NCBI GenBank assembly: GCA_048884785.1
Contig: JBHLQM010000057.1
Span: forward strand, 1-19,284
Source: Candidatus Thorarchaeota archaeon
Lineage (GTDB): Archaea; Asgardarchaeota; Thorarchaeia; Thorarchaeales; Thorarchaeaceae
Length of the DNA stretch: 19,284 nt
Direction of reading: 5' to 3'
Part shown: positions 15,687 through 19,284 of the stretch, piece by piece
How positions within the stretch are numbered: position 1 is the first letter of the stretch
How the letters are laid out: every line of letters starts with the position of its first letter
Translations under genes and position numbers: made by a program
Notes under the pieces: model-generated
Seen by the model: only the letters and a program-made list of their open reading frames with translations
The model's database searches: none
What the model was told of the DNA's origin: nothing

Positions 15687-16346
15687 ATGGAAATAAAGAA
15701 ATCACTTAGTTGCAGAGAGATAAGAAAGTCGGACGTGATTGGTAGTGACAATGAGAAACTCGGTAGGATTGGAGATATGACGTTCACATTCAATGGGACC
15801 CTGAGTCTTACTCATTTCATTCTAGCAGGCCCGGCCTTTGAAGAGTTCCTCGAATCAATCAAGATAAGACCCAACAGGGACCCTGTCTTTGATGCTTCAA
15901 TGATTAAGAGGATTGACGAGAAAGTATACCTTAACACCTCAAGGAATAGTCTGAAGACTACGTTGGACAAAGACTCAATTGGAAAAGATGAGATTAAGCT
16001 TTCAAAATTAGAAAAACTTTCAATCTATGACCAAAAAGGCGTTTCAGTTGGGAAAGCAATCGATGTCGAATTTGATGTTGATGGATGCGCATCGCTGATA
16101 GTCGGAGGAGGCTTCTTCGAGGAAAAACTTGAAGCACTGGGCTTGAAAGCAGACGTGGATATTATAGTGCCGGCACAGGTTATCAAGAGCATTGGAGAAA
16201 CGATCGACCTTAATGTGGACAAAGAGAATCTATCCCTCACAATGGAAGAGGCTGTCAAATCGGAAATGGCCGCAAAAGCCAAGGACGATATGGTCACACA
16301 TCGGCAAATCTCCAAGGTCAGGCTCTATGCACAAAGGCCGATTTAG
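15687..16346 (+). CDS. Tandem PRC-barrel domain protein, copy B (219 aa)
   Basis: Gap-free alignment to copy A, about 142/219 (~65%) identical by hand count. SD GAGAGGA before ATG 15687. Confidence 0.82.
   Translation: MEIKKSLSCREIRKSDVIGSDNEKLGRIGDMTFTFNGTLSLTHFILAGPAFEEFLESIKIRPNRDPVFDASMIKRIDEKVYLNTSRNSLKTTLDKDSIGKDEIKLSKLEKLSIYDQKGVSVGKAIDVEFDVDGCASLIVGGGFFEEKLEALGLKADVDIIVPAQVIKSIGETIDLNVDKENLSLTMEEAVKSEMAAKAKDDMVTHRQISKVRLYAQRPI
16071..16136 (+). repeat. 66-bp near-identical direct repeat (copy 2) inside PRC gene B
   Basis: 64/66 identical to 14218-14283; offset of 1853 bp equals the gene offset. Confidence 0.9.
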
Positions 16347-16350
16347 AGAT

Positions 16351-19215
16351 TCATGATTGCTTGAGCGATTCACTTGCCTCTAATATCTTGGTCTTGTGAT
16401 CGCTCTCCCCGTTTATTTTTCGCGTGATAGTATAAGCTACATTGAGTTGCTTCTTTAATCCGATTTTAACAAGTATATCAAACACGGAAATAAACAGTGG
16501 TTTCATGGCTTCGTGAAGGAGCGGGTAGAACGCTTCAAGCGCGACGCTCTTACCAGACTTCTTTACAAATCGGTCTGTAATTGATACAACTGATGAAAGA
16601 AGACTTGTGCATAGCTCAGCGGCAGACTCATTCTGTGTTAGAAGTTGACTTGAATCCAGGGATTTTACCACACTATGGAAGAGACCTCCAGATATTTGGA
16701 TGGTTTGCTGATACTCCTCCCTATCTCCGATGTTAGCATTTGCCAGATTATTGAAGGTCTGTAGTGTCACTCCTACCTTATACTCTATCAGTTCAAATTC
16801 ATTAACATACTCTGTTGCGTTTTCCAATGCAAAGACCGTACGGCCTAGCTTCATTAGCTTGCCTAAACGATTTGAGAGCAAATCAAGATCTTTTGTATCC
16901 ACCCCAAAGAGAGCCCATTTACTTCTCAGGAATTTCTTCATTCCTTCGTAATTCCCAATCTGTTCCGATTTCTTTGCGCTTCTATCATAGACCTTTAGTA
17001 TTGAGTCCTTGGTCTTGGCATCGAGCTGAGAAACATCGATTTCTCCTAGTATCCTTGTGATTGTTTCTGCAGCTAAAGGCCGACCAAGAGTAATTGACAA
17101 CGAATCTGATAATTCTTCGAGAATTTCGATATATTCCATTGAATCAAGTAGCACAAGTCTTTCAGCTGCTTGGGTGATGATCTCACCTTTCTTCTTTGCC
17201 TCGACGAGTTTTCCTCTGTCATTATGAATACTAATCTTCAATGCGGCCTTTTGTAGCAAACGGGACAGCCGTCGTGGATTAACAGATTCCTGTTTGAGGG
17301 CTTGCTCCAAGGCCCCAAAGGTGTCCGCACCAGAAATCTCCGAAGCGGTGATTCCGGATATCTTTGACTCTACAATCTTAGAGATTGCCTCACCGAGTCC
17401 GGGAACAACCTCCTTAACTCGTTCAAGCTCCTTGATTCCAGATTTGATATCGTTCATGTCTGACTCAGAGAGTAAAGGCGCATTTTGCATTGCGGAAACA
17501 GGCTTTGCTGGTCGATCTCTGATTGGTTCCGGGATTTGGGTTTCTGTTGTCTGGTCTTCGGAGTATGATGATGTTTCAAGAAGCTTTTCGATATTTGGTC
17601 CAGTTATGGCAATGAATGCTTGGCTCAGAGGATTGTCCATATGACTATTTGCGAGCTCGATAACTAATCTATCAAGATACTCAGGTCCAAAGTTCTTTGC
17701 CGTAAAATAGCCGTAGGCCAGAAGTGGTTCAAGACCACCTGAAGAATCGATGCCATACTCCTCCTTCACATGCTCCCAACCATCGATAAGGGCTTGTTTC
17801 TCAATCCTAAGTCGGCCCGCAACTCCCATTTCTTGTGCAAGCATCCTAATGTCCCCCACAATAGGGTGGTCAACTTTTCCCCGAAGTACATCTGCGAGTG
17901 TATCGTGCATAAACTTCAATGAAAAGAATCGGGGGTCGCGTGCCAGGTATTGCTTGACTGCATTGAACGGACCAGGAGCGTCTGTTGGAGTCTTTATCTT
18001 AAAGAAGAGCTGATTGAGATGAACTTCATGAGTCTCATAATTGGGCATATCTGCAAGGCACAGAAGAGTCTTGATGACAGGTAGTGCACCTGCCTTTGGT
18101 TTGTAGATGGTTCCATCTAGCTCAAAGAGAATTCGGGCAAGTATCCCAGCAACATAATCGCTCATTCCCTTAGGAGCTGTTCTGATTCTGCTTTCAGTTA
18201 ACTTGGAAGGACCACCAGCTTTAGCTTCAGTACCTATCTCTTCGACCATATAGCGGATGTAGATTGGACTACCCCGAGCATTTGCCACCAGTAAATCAAG
18301 ATTCTTCTTATCGAATTTGATACTCTGGCTTTCAAGATGTCTAGCCGCTATCTGTGACATTGCCTCTTCCGATGGCATTGGCAGATCTATTGTCGTAAAC
18401 TTCTTCCTAAGCTCGACTGGTAATCTAGACCATTCCTGTTCTCGTGCAGTCGTCACAATACCATGAGTATCTCGTTCAGTAATTGCTTTCACAAGTTCTC
18501 TAGTTTCCGGTATATCATCATTGAACAAGATGACTCCATCTCTTTCATGGACTCGGCTGACGTCTTTTGTGTCCCAAACAAGAGCAAGATTTGATTCCTC
18601 ATCAAGTTCTTTCCATATTGCATAGAGTGCAGTGGTTTTACCGGACCCCGGAGCTCCAAGAATGGCGATGTTTTTTCCATCTTGTATCTCTCTTATTGCT
18701 AGGTCCAATACGCCACGTAGATTTTGGTCAATTACAAGCACATCATCGATGTAGGTAGGCAATCGCCACACATTCTTGACTCTGTCAAAAGAATCAGGAA
18801 TCTCGTAATACGAAACCATCTCGCGAATGATGCCAATCTGTTGAAGAACCACAGTGATCTCAGACTTCATTGTGTCAACAAACTGAGCGGTTTGGGGTCT
18901 GCTGGCTCCTAGTTGATTCAGAGCCATTGAAACATTTGATGCAACGCCGATATCACCCTCAGTAACTGTGTTTTTCAGCGAATTCCGGACCTCCGGATCT
19001 TGAATTGCTTCTTTGAAAAAATCAAGTAGTTCTCCAGGTCGAACCTTCTCTTTGTCGTCCTGATGCTTGACAATTGTACCTGCGGCCACTGCAAGAAGAG
19101 CTGATCCTGAAGCAATCATGGCAAAATTAGTTGCAATTGCAGAGGCTATACCTAGTGCCTTCTTCGCTCGAGGGTGATCAGAGAAATAATTTCGGATTGC
19201 ATCAGCTAGACCCAT
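16351..19215 (-). CDS. Large STAND-class (NLR-like) P-loop NTPase, ~954 aa
   Basis: Walker A GAPGSGKT, Walker B VILFNDD, sensor-1-like IVTTAR, helical-domain GSP and winged-helix FMHD. Hydrophobic helical N-terminus and apparently all-helical C-terminus. Start moved to ATG 19215 (SD AGGTGA at 19221-19226). Confidence 0.75.
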   Translation of the reverse strand: MGLADAIRNYFSDHPRAKKALGIASAIATNFAMIASGSALLAVAAGTIVKHQDDKEKVRPGELLDFFKEAIQDPEVRNSLKNTVTEGDIGVASNVSMALNQLGASRPQTAQFVDTMKSEITVVLQQIGIIREMVSYYEIPDSFDRVKNVWRLPTYIDDVLVIDQNLRGVLDLAIREIQDGKNIAILGAPGSGKTTALYAIWKELDEESNLALVWDTKDVSRVHERDGVILFNDDIPETRELVKAITERDTHGIVTTAREQEWSRLPVELRKKFTTIDLPMPSEEAMSQIAARHLESQSIKFDKKNLDLLVANARGSPIYIRYMVEEIGTEAKAGGPSKLTESRIRTAPKGMSDYVAGILARILFELDGTIYKPKAGALPVIKTLLCLADMPNYETHEVHLNQLFFKIKTPTDAPGPFNAVKQYLARDPRFFSLKFMHDTLADVLRGKVDHPIVGDIRMLAQEMGVAGRLRIEKQALIDGWEHVKEEYGIDSSGGLEPLLAYGYFTAKNFGPEYLDRLVIELANSHMDNPLSQAFIAITGPNIEKLLETSSYSEDQTTETQIPEPIRDRPAKPVSAMQNAPLLSESDMNDIKSGIKELERVKEVVPGLGEAISKIVESKISGITASEISGADTFGALEQALKQESVNPRRLSRLLQKAALKISIHNDRGKLVEAKKKGEIITQAAERLVLLDSMEYIEILEELSDSLSITLGRPLAAETITRILGEIDVSQLDAKTKDSILKVYDRSAKKSEQIGNYEGMKKFLRSKWALFGVDTKDLDLLSNRLGKLMKLGRTVFALENATEYVNEFELIEYKVGVTLQTFNNLANANIGDREEYQQTIQISGGLFHSVVKSLDSSQLLTQNESAAELCTSLLSSVVSITDRFVKKSGKSVALEAFYPLLHEAMKPLFISVFDILVKIGLKKQLNVAYTITRKINGESDHKTKILEASESLKQS

Positions 19216-19284
19216 GTTCTTCACCTTTTGTTGTGCTAATGACTGTTGGTTGAAACCATTAATGAGCATTACCAAATATACCCA

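Noticed and set aside
16346-16351. STAND NTPase as part of the PRC/PRS-like operon
   Set aside because: It is on the opposite strand and convergent (4-bp gap); a functional link cannot be supported without synteny data.
12039-18912. Antisense or overlapping ORFs such as 12039-12437, 12633-13100, 13725-13940, 14073-14435, 15482-15793, 16025-16315 and those inside the NTPase
   Set aside because: Shadows of real genes; the similarity of 14073-14435 to 16025-16315 only mirrors the PRC duplication.
19216-19275. 20-aa N-terminal extension of the NTPase in the ORF track
   Set aside because: A strong SD (AGGTGA) sits 5 nt before ATG 19215, so the extension is probably 5' UTR.
11240-19284. Genomic island integrated at the CAU tRNA
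   Set aside because: Downstream genes look accessory, but I saw no integrase, no duplicated tRNA 3' end and no obvious composition shift in the window.
1-19284. CRISPR array, IS element or rRNA
   Set aside because: No regularly spaced repeats, transposase motifs or rRNA-like sequence were seen.

Overview
Gene-dense archaeal chromosomal window. It is most likely Asgard (Thorarchaeia-like); this is inferred from archaeal SD/TATA signals, archaeal-type tRNAs, an Asgard-style longin protein and an EMC6/RAB5IF-like gene, not from a database match. The left part (1-11270) is mostly housekeeping: split class I fumarase beta/alpha, an A24 prepilin peptidase, an Lrp + KaiC/RAD55-like ATPase pair, an EMC6/OPTI-like membrane protein head-to-head with rqcH (NEMF/Rqc2), two CBS proteins, dihydroorotase, an AMMECR1 protein, nadC, tRNA-Glu(UUC), a thioredoxin-like gene whose CxxC lies upstream of any standard start codon, and a CAU tRNA (probably Ile2) with a 30-nt insertion at non-canonical position 43/44. 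The right part (11303-19284) looks accessory: a multi-pass membrane protein, a ZIP transporter, a longin-winged-helix protein, two same-length tandem-PRC-barrel paralogs bracketing a degenerate PRPP-synthetase-like gene, and a convergent ~954-aa STAND (NLR-like) NTPase. The best candidates for undescribed biology are the PRC/PRS-like/PRC cassette, the NLR-like NTPase and the OPTI-like/rqcH pair. No integrase, transposase, CRISPR array or rRNA was seen.
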